Below, piece by piece: positions 39,788 through 50,207 of a stretch of 64,000 bases of DNA. The stretch lies in contig JAGGYW010000014.1 in the NCBI GenBank assembly GCA_021162365.1, forward strand, positions 2,518 to 66,517, in the 5' to 3' direction. Within the stretch, counting starts at the first letter, position 1; each line of letters begins with the position of its first letter. This DNA is from Nanobdellota archaeon. Its GTDB lineage: Archaea > Nanobdellota > Nanobdellia > CSSed11-243R1. The translations under genes and the position numbers were made by a program. The notes beneath the pieces are model-generated. The model saw nothing but the letters and a program-made list of their open reading frames with translations. It had not been told where the DNA came from and ran no database searches.

Positions 39788-40993
39788 CTAAACACCTAAA
39801 TCTTTTGCTGTAAGTATCTTGACTCTTCTACTACTTCCTGCCGCTCCCTCAGCTACAATCGTTGATATATGTGAGCGCTCTGCATATCTTATTATGTCAG
39901 GAGTTACTTGTCCATCCATAACGATTGTATCAACCTCTGGCAAGCTCCTTATTGTATTCTTCAGCTCCTTCGTTGGAACTTTACCAAGAATGTTCATATC
40001 CGAATCTAACAAGTAAGCTCCTCTGGTACCAATTAACTCATCAAGCATTTTCTTAAACTGCTTAGCATATTCTGGGTGTACATCACTTCTTCTTTGTTGT
40101 TGTCTTTGCTGTCTCCTTTCAACTCTTTGTTGCTGAACTTGTTGTGGCTTGTGATTTCCATTTTCTCCCATCTCTTCCTTAAATTGGTCTATGGGTATCT
40201 TTGCCCTTAGGCACTTATGGATCTCTTTTTTCGTTAGTTCCTCTACTTCCTTTCCTGAAGGTGCCATAGCAACAAAATCAACATCTCCCACAGCCATAAG
40301 TTCTCTAACGATTAACTTGCCACCTCTGTCTCCATCTACAAACACAGTTGTTGTCTTTGTTTTAGTAAGCTCTGCAACAGTTGGTGGAACAGATGTTCCA
40401 TTCAATCCAATAACATTCTTAAATCCGTGCTTAAGCAAGTTAATTACATCTGCCCTTCCTTCAACAACAATTATTTCATCACTATCTTTTATATTGGGTC
40501 CTGCCGGAAGTCTTTCTTTTCCATACTCAACTAACTCCAAACTCCTAACTGTCTGCTTTAACTCCTCCATGAGCTCTGCGGAATCAGGTCCTTTATCAAT
40601 CATGTTCTTCAAAAGCTCCTTTGCTCTTTCAATTACATATTCTCTCTTTGTAACTCTAACATCCTCTATGTTTTCCACACTAAGCTTAGCATTGCAAGGA
40701 CCAATCCTTTGTATTGTCTCCAAAGCAGAAGCCACAATTGCAGTTTCTGCCATGTCCATAGAAGAAGGAATTGTTATCTCACCTTCTGCCTTTCCACCTT
40801 TATTCTCAAGTTTCACTTCTATTCTTCCAATCCTACCTGATTTCTGCAATTCTCTTAGTTCCAAGTCAGAACCTAAAAGACCCTCAGTTTGTCCAAATAT
40901 GGCACCAATCACATCTGGTTTTTCAACAGTCCCATCCACATGTATCTTCGCATGAATAATGTATTTCGCAGATACGGGTGCTATCTTACCCAT
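39788..40993 (-). CDS. dnaG: Archaeal DnaG-type primase (TOPRIM; exosome-associated)
   Basis: N-terminus MGKI.PVSAKYIIHAKI..DG.VEKPDVIGAIFGQTEGLLG is archaeal DnaG-specific. TOPRIM IIVVEGRADV...DGDRGG. Contains a Gln/Arg-rich insertion. Confidence 0.8.
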   Translation of the reverse strand: MGKIAPVSAKYIIHAKIHVDGTVEKPDVIGAIFGQTEGLLGSDLELRELQKSGRIGRIEVKLENKGGKAEGEITIPSSMDMAETAIVASALETIQRIGPCNAKLSVENIEDVRVTKREYVIERAKELLKNMIDKGPDSAELMEELKQTVRSLELVEYGKERLPAGPNIKDSDEIIVVEGRADVINLLKHGFKNVIGLNGTSVPPTVAELTKTKTTTVFVDGDRGGKLIVRELMAVGDVDFVAMAPSGKEVEELTKKEIHKCLRAKIPIDQFKEEMGENGNHKPQQVQQQRVERRQQRQQQRRSDVHPEYAKQFKKMLDELIGTRGAYLLDSDMNILGKVPTKELKNTIRSLPEVDTIVMDGQVTPDIIRYAERSHISTIVAEGAAGSSRRVKILTAKDLGV

Positions 40994-40999
40994 TCAAAT

Positions 41000-41410
41000 C
41001 GCCTCCTTTTTAGCCAACGGCGAGAAATAGCTAAATACCTAGTTGGGTCTTTCAACCCAATTCATTGGTGATTACAGTGAACATGATGATTCTCGCCATT
41101 TGGCGCTTTAATTATGATTTTGGTAAGGTGTGAATATGATGGCCCGCAACTATCCGACTATCACGTGTCAAGTCAGCACCTTCGCGGGCCAAATATATCA
41201 AGCAGGAGTATTCTACGCTCACCGCCGAAGCTCGTGCGAGCCTCTCACGTAGAGAACCGGCCTGCTTGATTACGCCTTGCCACAACTATAGACACTACAT
41301 GCTTTTATAAAGCTTTCTATTAATTACTTTACAGGGACTACAATCACCATAACGTGTGGCGCCTTTCCCTTATTACAGGTTCATTTCTAACTTTCTTTTG
41401 GCTGGGCTTT
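41000..41410. ncRNA. Unassigned GC-enriched, highly base-paired noncoding region (candidate structured RNA; identity unknown)
   Basis: No ORF of 60 aa or more. Nested long-range complements: GCCAAcGGCGAGAA/TTCTCGCCaTTGGC, GGCCCGC/GCGGGCC, ATCAAGCAGG/CCTGCTTGAT, GCTCG-TG-CGAGC. An ATGATGA C-box-like element is present. Confidence 0.25.
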
Positions 41411-41510
41411 TTTTTCTTTGATAAAACTTTCTTCCTTAGAAAGAATTTCTTTTCCATTAATACCTTTCTCTCTTAGTACAGGTTCTCTCTTTTCTAAAGA
41501 GAGAAAGTGT

Positions 41511-42008
41511 TCACATGAAGCGCTGCATGTGGAAGAACGCCTTTACTTCGTTCTCTATGGTATGCATATCAGCAGCTACCTTCTCCTTCCATGTATCTAA
41601 GGTAGAACGATAGAAGTATGTATCATAAACACCCTTCAAAAACTTCATTAACGGGTTGGTTTCCCATCTATTTTCATAATCCGTCTGTATGAAACACTTT
41701 ATTTCCAACTCAATTGTACCAGAATTCTTTGTCGTTTGAACTCCTTCAACAACAACCTGCACCTTTTGCAAACCTAAAACAAGGGTCTTTGCAAAAATCC
41801 TAAATAAAGAGTAGTCATCAACTTTTTTATAACAATTCCATTCTATTTCTATCTCATCTCCTTCCGGCTTTGTTTTGTGTTTATACTTCTGCTCTTCAAC
41901 ATCATATCCTAAACTTCTAAACAAATCATAGAGAAGCCTATAGTAATCTCCGAAGTCAAAAATCCCAGTATATTTTGCACGCGCTTTTGTTACAGCTATT
42001 TCTTCCAT
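41511..42008 (-). CDS. Hypothetical protein
   Basis: 165 aa. A terminator-like hairpin (TCTCTCTTTTCTAAAGAGAGA) lies just downstream. Confidence 0.4.
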   Translation of the reverse strand: MEEIAVTKARAKYTGIFDFGDYYRLLYDLFRSLGYDVEEQKYKHKTKPEGDEIEIEWNCYKKVDDYSLFRIFAKTLVLGLQKVQVVVEGVQTTKNSGTIELEIKCFIQTDYENRWETNPLMKFLKGVYDTYFYRSTLDTWKEKVAADMHTIENEVKAFFHMQRFM

Positions 42009-42011
42009 ATC

Positions 42012-42467
42012 TCAACCTCGCGGGTAATATGTTAATTTAAATGTAGGTTCTCTTATTTTAAGTTTTTCAATTAGCACATCTATTATACTTGGCTCAATTT
42101 TTAGTAAATCCTTCTCGCTTAATATACCTACCACTCTTCCTCCATCTACAACTGGCAGACGCTTAATGCCTTTTGAATTCATTAGTTTTGCAGCCGCGGA
42201 GATATCATCATTTGGCGAGATAGTAAGTACTTTTTTACTCATTATTTCCCTAACTTTTGTTTTTGTCGGATGCTTATTTTTTATGAAAGCCCTTCTTAAA
42301 ATGTCTCCTTCCGTAACTATCCCAACAAGTGTTCCCCTATCTAAAACCAATACCGAACCAATTTTGTTTCTTGCCATCAACCTTGCTGCTTTAGCGATGC
42401 TTGTATCTGGACTAACAAACTTTGGCTTTCTTGACATTACTTCTTTAGCTCTTATCTTATATCCCAT
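42012..42467 (-). CDS. CBS-pair domain protein
   Basis: Two CBS motifs (KIGSVLVLDRG.LVGIVTEGDI, GIKRLPVVDGGRVVGILSEKDL). Confidence 0.65.
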   Translation of the reverse strand: MGYKIRAKEVMSRKPKFVSPDTSIAKAARLMARNKIGSVLVLDRGTLVGIVTEGDILRRAFIKNKHPTKTKVREIMSKKVLTISPNDDISAAAKLMNSKGIKRLPVVDGGRVVGILSEKDLLKIEPSIIDVLIEKLKIREPTFKLTYYPRG

Positions 42468-42581
42468 ACATAATCAAAGTAGCGATTAATTAAAATAGTT
42501 GTCGCCAATAGAAAAGCTTAAAAAACATGCGATACTAAGATATTACTGTCTCTTATATTCACTATTCAAAAGGGGTGAAAA

Positions 42582-43307
42582 ATGGAAGATCCTGCAAAAC
42601 ATTTAGTTGAATTATACTTAAAGGCAAAAGTAATTCGCGTAAACGGAGATAAAGACCCATCAGATGAATACATACCAAACTCTGAAAAATTAAGATTAAA
42701 TTTCACAACACTTTTTAGCGAATACCCTCACGAACTTGCAAAGATTTTTGTCGAGGCAATATACAAAGAGGTATACAGAAAAATAGGTGTTGATGTGATC
42801 CTCGGCGTCGGAGACTCAGGAGTAACGTTGACCACTGCAAGTAATATGCTATCTGAAATGATAAGGGCAGATGAAATCGCAGGTGAAGAAATAAAAAATT
42901 ACAGGCATGTCGGCGTTTCAAAAACTGGGGAGATAAGGGGGGAATTAAAACCCAACGACAGGCTCTGCCCAATAGACGAAGTTGGTATAACCTATAACAC
43001 CCTAATACGTTGGCTTGGCTACATCTATGGTGCAGTAGATGGGATTGCCTATCCTGTCGTAATTGTTGGATGGGATTTAGGCTTACGCGACAAAGAAGGT
43101 ACATTATATAGAGAAAAAGCAGAGTTGAAGATAAATAAATATAATTCATCTAATGGCTATGAGAAAAAAGTCAAAATAATCCCAATAGCAACAACACAAG
43201 ATTTCTTGAACCATGATGATCTTGGCGAAAAGGAAAGAGAAGCTTTAGAAGATATTGTTAAAGATAAAGAATACTCACAACCAGTAAAAGCAAGAACAGT
43301 TGCCTAA
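42582..43307 (+). CDS. Phosphoribosyltransferase-fold (type I PRTase-like) protein
   Basis: PIDEVGITYNTL resembles the PRPP-binding loop (hydrophobic-D-E/D-x-x-T-x-x-T). VILGVGDSGV upstream. Confidence 0.3.
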   Translation: MEDPAKHLVELYLKAKVIRVNGDKDPSDEYIPNSEKLRLNFTTLFSEYPHELAKIFVEAIYKEVYRKIGVDVILGVGDSGVTLTTASNMLSEMIRADEIAGEEIKNYRHVGVSKTGEIRGELKPNDRLCPIDEVGITYNTLIRWLGYIYGAVDGIAYPVVIVGWDLGLRDKEGTLYREKAELKINKYNSSNGYEKKVKIIPIATTQDFLNHDDLGEKEREALEDIVKDKEYSQPVKARTVA

Positions 43308-45217
43308 CGGATTCTTAATGCATCCAAATTTCTTGGTGCAGTTGTTTCAACTCTAAGTAACTTATGTACAGTTGATGCCAATTCCAAACACTTCGAGCTT
43401 TCACCATGCACAAATATAACTTTGCGTGGCTTTGGGTCTAAATGTTTCACATAGTTTATAAGCTGATTCCTATCTGAGTGACCTGAAAGCCCTTCCACAG
43501 AATACACACTTAATTTAACATCTACCATTTCCACTTTTCCGCCAAATGTTTCAACAGGAACTTGTTTTTCACCCCTCTGAACCCTTCGACCTAAAGTTCC
43601 TTCAGCCTGATACGAAACAAATACGATTGCATTCTTTTTATTTGGTGCAAGTTTTTGGAAATAATAAACACTCGAACCTCCAGTAAGCATACCAGAAGTT
43701 GCAATTATAATGCAGGGCTTCCTGCTGTTAATTAGTTTATCTCTTTCCTCTTGCGACCCAACTCTTACAAAGCAATCTGCAACAAAAGGATTTGCATCCT
43801 CACCAAAAATTTGCTTCTTAACATCTCTATTCATAAATTCTGGGTAGGTGGTGTGAATTGCAGTCACATCCCAAACCATACCATCAACATAAACTTTAAC
43901 CTCGGGGATTTTCTTCTCACGCATAGCTTCTTCTACAATTAACATAACTTCCTGCGCCCTCCCAACCCCAAGAACTGGTATCAAAACCTTCCCTTTATTT
44001 TCAATTGTTGATTTGATAATGTCAATAAGTTGGTTCTCACATTCCTCCCTGCTTGGCTGCGTATCTTCTTTTGCACCATAAGTTGACTCCATCATTAGTG
44101 TCTCAACTCTCGTAAACTTCGTCAGCGCTGGCTCCAACAATTTTGTCCTTGCATACTTGAAGTCGCCAGTATAAAGGTAATTATGATATCCGTTTCCAAT
44201 GTTTAAATGAACAAGAGAGCTCCCAAGAACATGTCCTGCGTTATGTAAAGTTAACCTAACATCAGCAGTTATATCAGTAACCTCATCATAGTCAAGGGTA
44301 ATTGTGTTTTTAATCATCTCTTTTATCTCACGACTTGTATACTCCGGCTTTCTTCCAGTCCGTTGGATAACATCAATATAATCAAGCTGAAGCAAAGTCA
44401 TAATATCTCTCGTTGGCTCTGTAGAATAAACAGGTCCTTTATACCCATATTTGAAAAGCAATGGCACTGCTCCACTATGATCTAAATGGGCGTGAGAAAC
44501 GACAACTGCATCAATCTTGTGAATATCGAATTCAGGCGCATCAAAATGTGGAAATGCATTTTCTGTTGAAGCAACATTTATGCCACAATCAAGCAAAACA
44601 TTCGATAGTGGAGTCTGCAAAAGCATACAGCTCCTTCCAACTTCCCTACCTGCACCAAGAATGGAAACACGAATCCAATAGTTAGAATCCCTCTCCCACT
44701 TAGTCATGTAAATTTTCTTCCCAATTTTGTTCATAAAATCCCTACGATATTCTGAATTCTGGAAAAGAGTATACCTAATTGTTTTTATTAAATCAGATTG
44801 GATTACTGGAGCGCGTCTTATCTTTGGAACCCACAACGTTTGCTTTCTAATTTCATTCATCACTTGCCCTTCTTTACCAATTGCCAATCCTGGCTTGCGC
44901 GCTTCAATAAAGGCAATAGAACGCTTATAATCAAACCACGCTTCTTCCAAGCCAGCTTCCTTAGGAACAATTTTGTTTATTATTTCTTGAGTTTCTTCAG
45001 GCGGAACAAGCATAGAAGGATCCATTCTTAACTCTACTCTTTTCTTTACTTTGTTCACAATGTTCCTAATTATCTCCTTCGAATCAAGGAAGAAATCCTT
45101 ATTTTTTGTATATAATACAATATTTGCCCCTTCATACATTATGTCACTAATGTTTGCTTCCGGAGGTAATTCTTCCTTGATTTGCTTTAAGATATCTCCA
45201 TTCTTCATTATTATCAC
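43304..45217 (-). CDS. aCPSF1/FttA: KH-domain beta-CASP metallo-beta-lactamase ribonuclease (transcription termination factor)
   Basis: Two N-terminal KH domains, the MBL motif HAHLDHSG, and beta-CASP motifs in the C-terminal half. Confidence 0.85.
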   Translation of the reverse strand: MIIMKNGDILKQIKEELPPEANISDIMYEGANIVLYTKNKDFFLDSKEIIRNIVNKVKKRVELRMDPSMLVPPEETQEIINKIVPKEAGLEEAWFDYKRSIAFIEARKPGLAIGKEGQVMNEIRKQTLWVPKIRRAPVIQSDLIKTIRYTLFQNSEYRRDFMNKIGKKIYMTKWERDSNYWIRVSILGAGREVGRSCMLLQTPLSNVLLDCGINVASTENAFPHFDAPEFDIHKIDAVVVSHAHLDHSGAVPLLFKYGYKGPVYSTEPTRDIMTLLQLDYIDVIQRTGRKPEYTSREIKEMIKNTITLDYDEVTDITADVRLTLHNAGHVLGSSLVHLNIGNGYHNYLYTGDFKYARTKLLEPALTKFTRVETLMMESTYGAKEDTQPSREECENQLIDIIKSTIENKGKVLIPVLGVGRAQEVMLIVEEAMREKKIPEVKVYVDGMVWDVTAIHTTYPEFMNRDVKKQIFGEDANPFVADCFVRVGSQEERDKLINSRKPCIIIATSGMLTGGSSVYYFQKLAPNKKNAIVFVSYQAEGTLGRRVQRGEKQVPVETFGGKVEMVDVKLSVYSVEGLSGHSDRNQLINYVKHLDPKPRKVIFVHGESSKCLELASTVHKLLRVETTAPRNLDALRIR

Positions 45218-45225
45218 AGAAAAAT

Positions 45226-45861
45226 TTACTTGCTAACAATCTTTTGAATCTCTTCCTTTGGAACTTTTGAAATTCCTTTCTTAGTTATTGTGTAGACATC
45301 AATGCCTTCACCAGTTGCTATGTCCCTTGCCATGGCTGCTTTAATTGCTCTAGCTGCAATATGAATTCCTTCCTTAAGTGAAATACCGTCTTTGTAATTA
45401 TCCTCTAAAACACCATATGCCATTACACTACCACTACCAGTTGAGATGTATTTGTCTTCAAGGTTACTACCATCTGGTCCAAGAGAATAAAGATGATATC
45501 CTGTTTCATCGACTCCGGCTAAGAGAAGTTGTACATAAAAAGGTATGCTAAACCTATTGCTATATAGGATGTTTGCTAGCAAAGTGGATGCTGCTTTTAC
45601 AGTAATCTTCTTATTTTTCCTTATCTCATACAACTCAAGCTCTGCCTTTAAGTACTTAGCTAACATCTGTGCATCGCCAACCATCCCCGCTGTTGTCATA
45701 AGAATCCTGTCAGTAATCTCCACAACTTTATCCACATTTTTGTGAGCAACAAGGTATCCCATAGTCGCTCTCTTATCTGCAGCAACAACTACTCCTTCCT
45801 TTGTAACAATCCCTACAGTAGTTGTGCCATGTTTCATTTCGTCTTTTGATATGCCCTCCAT
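45226..45861 (-). CDS. psmB: Proteasome subunit beta (with propeptide)
   Basis: The propeptide ends ...KHG|TTTVGIVTKEGVVVAADKR. Thr1 and Lys33 context conserved. Confidence 0.85.
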   Translation of the reverse strand: MEGISKDEMKHGTTTVGIVTKEGVVVAADKRATMGYLVAHKNVDKVVEITDRILMTTAGMVGDAQMLAKYLKAELELYEIRKNKKITVKAASTLLANILYSNRFSIPFYVQLLLAGVDETGYHLYSLGPDGSNLEDKYISTGSGSVMAYGVLEDNYKDGISLKEGIHIAARAIKAAMARDIATGEGIDVYTITKKGISKVPKEEIQKIVSK

Positions 45862-45962
45862 AGTATCAACCAGAACTGATAGGAATTAAATCGTAGTGTA
45901 GGTTTATAAATCTTTTTGTTTGTTTGCAAAACATTATAAACAATAATAGAATTTTCTAATTC

Positions 45963-47237
45963 ATGCTTGACATTAAGTTATTTAGGGAGAACCCAGAGCT
46001 AATAAAAGAATCTGAGAGGAAGAGGTTCAAAGATACAAAAAATGTAGACAAAGTAATAGAATATGACACTAAATGGAGAGAAGTCATCGCAGAACTTCAG
46101 GAACTACAACATAAGCAAAACGAGGTATCAAAAGAAATTATTGAACTAAAGAAAAAAGGGGACAGTGCAGAAAAAAAGATTTCTCTCATGAAGAATATCA
46201 CAAATGAAATTGCACTCTTGGAAGACAAGGCAAGAGAACTCTTGCAAAAAAGGGATGAATATAGATATAAGGTTGGCAACATCCTCCATGAAAGTGTGCC
46301 GGTGGCAGAAACAGAAGAAGGAAATGTCACAGTTAGAACATGGGGAGAACCACGAAAGTTTGAGTTTACACCTAAATCCCATGCAGATTTAATCATAGAT
46401 TTGGGGATAGCTGATGTAGAAAAGGCCTCAAAAATTGTTGGATCGCGATTCTACTTCCTAAAGGAAAAAGGAGTTTTGCTAAATCTTGCACTAATACGAT
46501 TTGCATTTGACACCCTCATCAAAGAAGGGTTCACTCCCATGTGGACCCCATTTTTATTAAGAAAAAGTTATATGAAAGGTGCTGCCGAGCTTGGAGATTT
46601 TGACGAGCAGCTTTATGCAATCCAAGATGAAAACTGGTACTTAATTGCAACAACAGAACAGCCCCTCGCATCATATCACTCAAACGAAGTAATAGATGAA
46701 AAGGATTTACCAATCAAGTATGTCGGATACTCGACAAACTTTAGAAAAGAAGCAGGCAGCCATGGGAAGGACACAAAAGGAATATTTAGAGTCCACCAGT
46801 TTGACAAAGTCGAGCAGTATGTTATATGCAAGCCATATGACTCCTGGGACTGGCATGAAAAGATGATAAAAATCACCGAAAAAATTTTCCAAGCTCTTGA
46901 GATACCATATAGAATTGTAAATATTGCAAGTGGGGAAATGAATGACAACGGCGCTAAAAAATATGACCTAGAAGGATGGTTCCCAAGCCAAAACAAATAT
47001 CGGGAGCTGGGTTCTGCTACAAATACAACTGATTATCAGGCAAGAAAATTAAACATAAAATTTGGTAAAGTTGGTGGTAAAAAAGAATATGTTCACACAT
47101 TAAACAATACAGCAATTGCAACCGAGAGGGCAATTTGTGCTCTACTTGAAAATCACCAGCAAGAAGATGGAAGTGTAAAAATACCTAAGGCTCTCTGGGA
47201 ATACACTGGGTTCAAAGAGCTGGTGCCAAATGAATAA
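45963..47237 (+). CDS. serS: Seryl-tRNA synthetase
   Basis: N-terminal coiled-coil arm. Class II motifs, including motif 2 (FRKEAGSHGKDTKGIFRVHQF) and motif 3 (GSATNTTDYQARKL). Confidence 0.9.
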   Translation: MLDIKLFRENPELIKESERKRFKDTKNVDKVIEYDTKWREVIAELQELQHKQNEVSKEIIELKKKGDSAEKKISLMKNITNEIALLEDKARELLQKRDEYRYKVGNILHESVPVAETEEGNVTVRTWGEPRKFEFTPKSHADLIIDLGIADVEKASKIVGSRFYFLKEKGVLLNLALIRFAFDTLIKEGFTPMWTPFLLRKSYMKGAAELGDFDEQLYAIQDENWYLIATTEQPLASYHSNEVIDEKDLPIKYVGYSTNFRKEAGSHGKDTKGIFRVHQFDKVEQYVICKPYDSWDWHEKMIKITEKIFQALEIPYRIVNIASGEMNDNGAKKYDLEGWFPSQNKYRELGSATNTTDYQARKLNIKFGKVGGKKEYVHTLNNTAIATERAICALLENHQQEDGSVKIPKALWEYTGFKELVPNE

Positions 47238-47416
47238 AAAGGGTGCAATAAATGAAATTTTGGTAATTGTCTTACTTGTTGTTGTTCTAGCTGTAGTTGT
47301 TGTATTGTGGCTCACATGGGGAAAACTCGGTAAAGAAACAGGTGAGGGATTAAACAACTTATTTGAAATGTTGTGGAACAAATAGTTTTAAAAAAGCACT
47401 TTTTCTAACGAATATT

Positions 47417-48955
47417 ATGAAATACGTACCAGATACATCTGCTATCATAGATGGTGTATTGTCAAAAAAAATTGAGAAAAAGGAAATAAAAGAAGCAGTT
47501 ATCTTAGTCCATAATGCTGTCCTTGCAGAGCTAGAAGCACAGGCAAACTACGGAAGAGAAGTGGGCTTTCTTGGTCTAGAAGAACTGCAACGCCTTAAAG
47601 AAATATCAAAGAAAAATAAGAAAATTGAACTAAAGTATGTTGGAGAACGCCCTAAAGAATTTGAGATAAAATATGCAAAAGCAGGCGAGATAGACGCAAT
47701 GATAAGGGAACTCGCCCTAAAAGAAGACGCGTACTTCGTCACCCTTGACAAAGTTGATGCAGAAGCTGCAAAAGCTCAAGGGATAAAAGTAATCTTCATA
47801 GAAACTGAAACAATAGCTGAAAAACCCCTTTCTTTTGAAAAGTTGTTTGACAACAAAACTATGTCTATTCACCTAAGAGAAGGAATGGTCCCAATTGCAA
47901 AAAAAGGAGAGCCAGGGAACTGGACAATGGTCAAAGTTGGAAAGAAAAAACTTGAGAAAGAAGAAATGGAAGCCATAGCAAAAGAAATCATCGAGAGGGG
48001 CAAAATGAACCTTCCAGGCTCATTTATAGAAACAGAAAGAAAAAGAAGCACGATCGCACAGATAAAAAATTATAGAATCGTAATTACAAAACCCCCATTC
48101 TCGGATGGATGGGAAATAACAATCGTTAGACCAATTAAAAAACTCTCACTCTCAGATTACAATCTACCTAAAAAATTAATAAAAAGATTTGAAACAAACG
48201 CGGCGGGCATCTTAATCTCTGGAGCTCCCGGACATGGAAAAACTACATTCGCGGAAGCACTTGCAGAGTTCTATATGAAAAAAGAAAAAGTAGTAAAAAC
48301 AGTTGAGGCACCAAGAGACTTAAGACTTCCTGTTGAGATAACACAATATAGCAAAGCATTAGGGAGCATAGATGAAATAAGGGATGTTTTATTGTTAAGC
48401 AGGCCAGACTACACAATATTTGATGAAATGAGAAACAATCAAGACTTCTTGCTCTATGCAGACCTACGGCTCGCGGGAGTTGGGATGATTGGAGTAGTTC
48501 ATGCAACATCACCAATCGACTCAATCCAAAGATTCGTAAAAAGGGTGGAGCTTGGTATGATACCTTCAATAGTTGACACAGTAATCTTCATAGAGAACGG
48601 ACAAATCGCAAAAGTATATTCCCTAAACATGGCTGTAAAAGTGCCTACAGGCATGACTGAGAGCGACTTAGCTCGCCCATTAGTAGAAATACGTGACTTC
48701 TTTACAGGAGAAATAGAATATGAGATGTATTCTTATGGCGAGGAAACTGTTGTTGTTCCAGTAACCCCTAAAAAAGGTATTGAAGACATGCTCAAAAAAG
48801 AATTGAGAATGGACGTTGATATAAAAATAAAAGAAGGTGTTGTGTATATATACGCGCGGAAAAACCAAGTTAAAAGAATTCTTGGGCGTGGTGGAAAAAG
48901 GATAAGAAACTTAGAAAGAAGAGTTGGAATGCCCATAGAAGTAATCACACAGTGA
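47417..48955 (+). CDS. PIN-domain ATPase with C-terminal KH domain (COG1855 family)
   Basis: N-terminal PIN (MKYVPDTSAIIDG), a P-loop GAPGHGKTT, and a C-terminal KH (ILGRGGKRIRNLERRVGMPIEVI). The start is trimmed from 47363. Confidence 0.65.
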   Translation: MKYVPDTSAIIDGVLSKKIEKKEIKEAVILVHNAVLAELEAQANYGREVGFLGLEELQRLKEISKKNKKIELKYVGERPKEFEIKYAKAGEIDAMIRELALKEDAYFVTLDKVDAEAAKAQGIKVIFIETETIAEKPLSFEKLFDNKTMSIHLREGMVPIAKKGEPGNWTMVKVGKKKLEKEEMEAIAKEIIERGKMNLPGSFIETERKRSTIAQIKNYRIVITKPPFSDGWEITIVRPIKKLSLSDYNLPKKLIKRFETNAAGILISGAPGHGKTTFAEALAEFYMKKEKVVKTVEAPRDLRLPVEITQYSKALGSIDEIRDVLLLSRPDYTIFDEMRNNQDFLLYADLRLAGVGMIGVVHATSPIDSIQRFVKRVELGMIPSIVDTVIFIENGQIAKVYSLNMAVKVPTGMTESDLARPLVEIRDFFTGEIEYEMYSYGEETVVVPVTPKKGIEDMLKKELRMDVDIKIKEGVVYIYARKNQVKRILGRGGKRIRNLERRVGMPIEVITQ

Positions 48956-49913
48956 AGTAATCATCCCACTTGTTCCTATCTTTCCCCTCATGTTCCCTCC
49001 TAGGAACCGAACTTGCCATGTTTTCCCTTGCAGCTACGTTTGCAACATATTTCATTATTTTTTTAATGGGGTCTCCATCTCCAATCAAATAATATTCATA
49101 CCCCCACGACTTCCTATTAAATGCTAACTCCCCATCTCTCACCATATCCTCTTTCACTAAGGTTAAATATTGTTCAGCCACATCACGTAGCTCCGGTATA
49201 GAAAGAGTTCCCATAAGAAAATCATTGAGTTTATTATAAAGTGCAACAGATCTTGCAGCAAGATATACAACAACATCTTCAAAATTATCTTCTATCGTCC
49301 TCTTAGACGAGATGTCAGGTAACTCAAACTCTTTCTCAAATTCACTAACTCTCTTCTTCCTAATCTCTAAATTATTCAATATGTATTGAGTGTGCTCACC
49401 TATGACATCTAAAAGAGTGGCATACTCATTCTTTGGATTATCTAACTTAACTACATCAACAACAACATCCTTCTCAAGGAATATCCATATATCTGGGTCC
49501 CCAACAACTATCTTCCCACCATCACTAAGCAAAGATTCCAATTCTCTAATCCTAGACAGCTGTTCTCTCAAAAGATTGGACGACTGGAGGTATAATTCGT
49601 CTAAATAGGATGGGTCTATCTTGTCCTTAACGGATTTCTCGCCAAAGACAGAATTCATCTTTTTCCTAATAATACCCATAAAAGTATCAGGGCCATATAA
49701 ATCAGTCAAGAACAACTCCTCGTCCTGAAGATATATAGAAACACCCTTATAACTTAAGCTAACTATCCCCAGTTCTAGTTTAGCTCTCTCCACTACTGCT
49801 GGATTAAAGGTATCCGCAGTATCCCGCATAATATTATTTATTCTATCAAGAGATCTTCCTGCAACCTCTAGCGGAGAGTATAAGAGCATTTTAGCTCTTT
49901 CAAAATAATTCAT
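48945..49913 (-). CDS. Hypothetical protein
   Basis: 322 aa, no recognisable motifs. Confidence 0.4.
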   Translation of the reverse strand: MNYFERAKMLLYSPLEVAGRSLDRINNIMRDTADTFNPAVVERAKLELGIVSLSYKGVSIYLQDEELFLTDLYGPDTFMGIIRKKMNSVFGEKSVKDKIDPSYLDELYLQSSNLLREQLSRIRELESLLSDGGKIVVGDPDIWIFLEKDVVVDVVKLDNPKNEYATLLDVIGEHTQYILNNLEIRKKRVSEFEKEFELPDISSKRTIEDNFEDVVVYLAARSVALYNKLNDFLMGTLSIPELRDVAEQYLTLVKEDMVRDGELAFNRKSWGYEYYLIGDGDPIKKIMKYVANVAARENMASSVPRREHEGKDRNKWDDYFTV

Positions 49914-50008
49914 AGTTACACCTGTAATTACTATATAGTAGTTGCTTAAAAAGATTTCGGTGTAGTAAGTGTTAAATAATCAGATTAACTAATATTCAGT
50001 GGTGATGT

Positions 50009-50203
50009 ATGATGGCCCCAAGTACAAAAGAAAAAAAGATAGAGGCGCTAGTTAAGAAGATAGTATTCTTAGAAGAATATGAAAAAACACTTAAGAAGCA
50101 TAGGAAAACAATCGATAAAAAAATATACAAAAAATTGAAGGATAGCTTAGAAAAAACTAAAAAGAAAGCTGAAAAAGAAATTGCCAAATACAGCAAGAGG
50201 TGA
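50009..50203 (+). CDS. Small Lys-rich protein
   Basis: 64 aa, KE-rich. Resembles the K-rich tails seen elsewhere in the window. Confidence 0.25.
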   Translation: MMAPSTKEKKIEALVKKIVFLEEYEKTLKKHRKTIDKKIYKKLKDSLEKTKKKAEKEIAKYSKR

Positions 50204-50207
50204 TAGT

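Noticed and set aside
41000-41410. RNase P RNA assignment for the structured noncoding region
   Set aside because: The universally conserved CR-I (GGAAAGUCC) and CR-II (AGGGUGAAA) motifs could not be found on either strand. Only a weak CR-IV-like AGAGAACCGGC is present. The region is kept as an unassigned candidate rather than called RNase P.
47250-47386. Possible tiny hydrophobic peptide gene downstream of serS
   Set aside because: It has no ATG start, only TTG/ATT candidates, and is very short. There is insufficient evidence.
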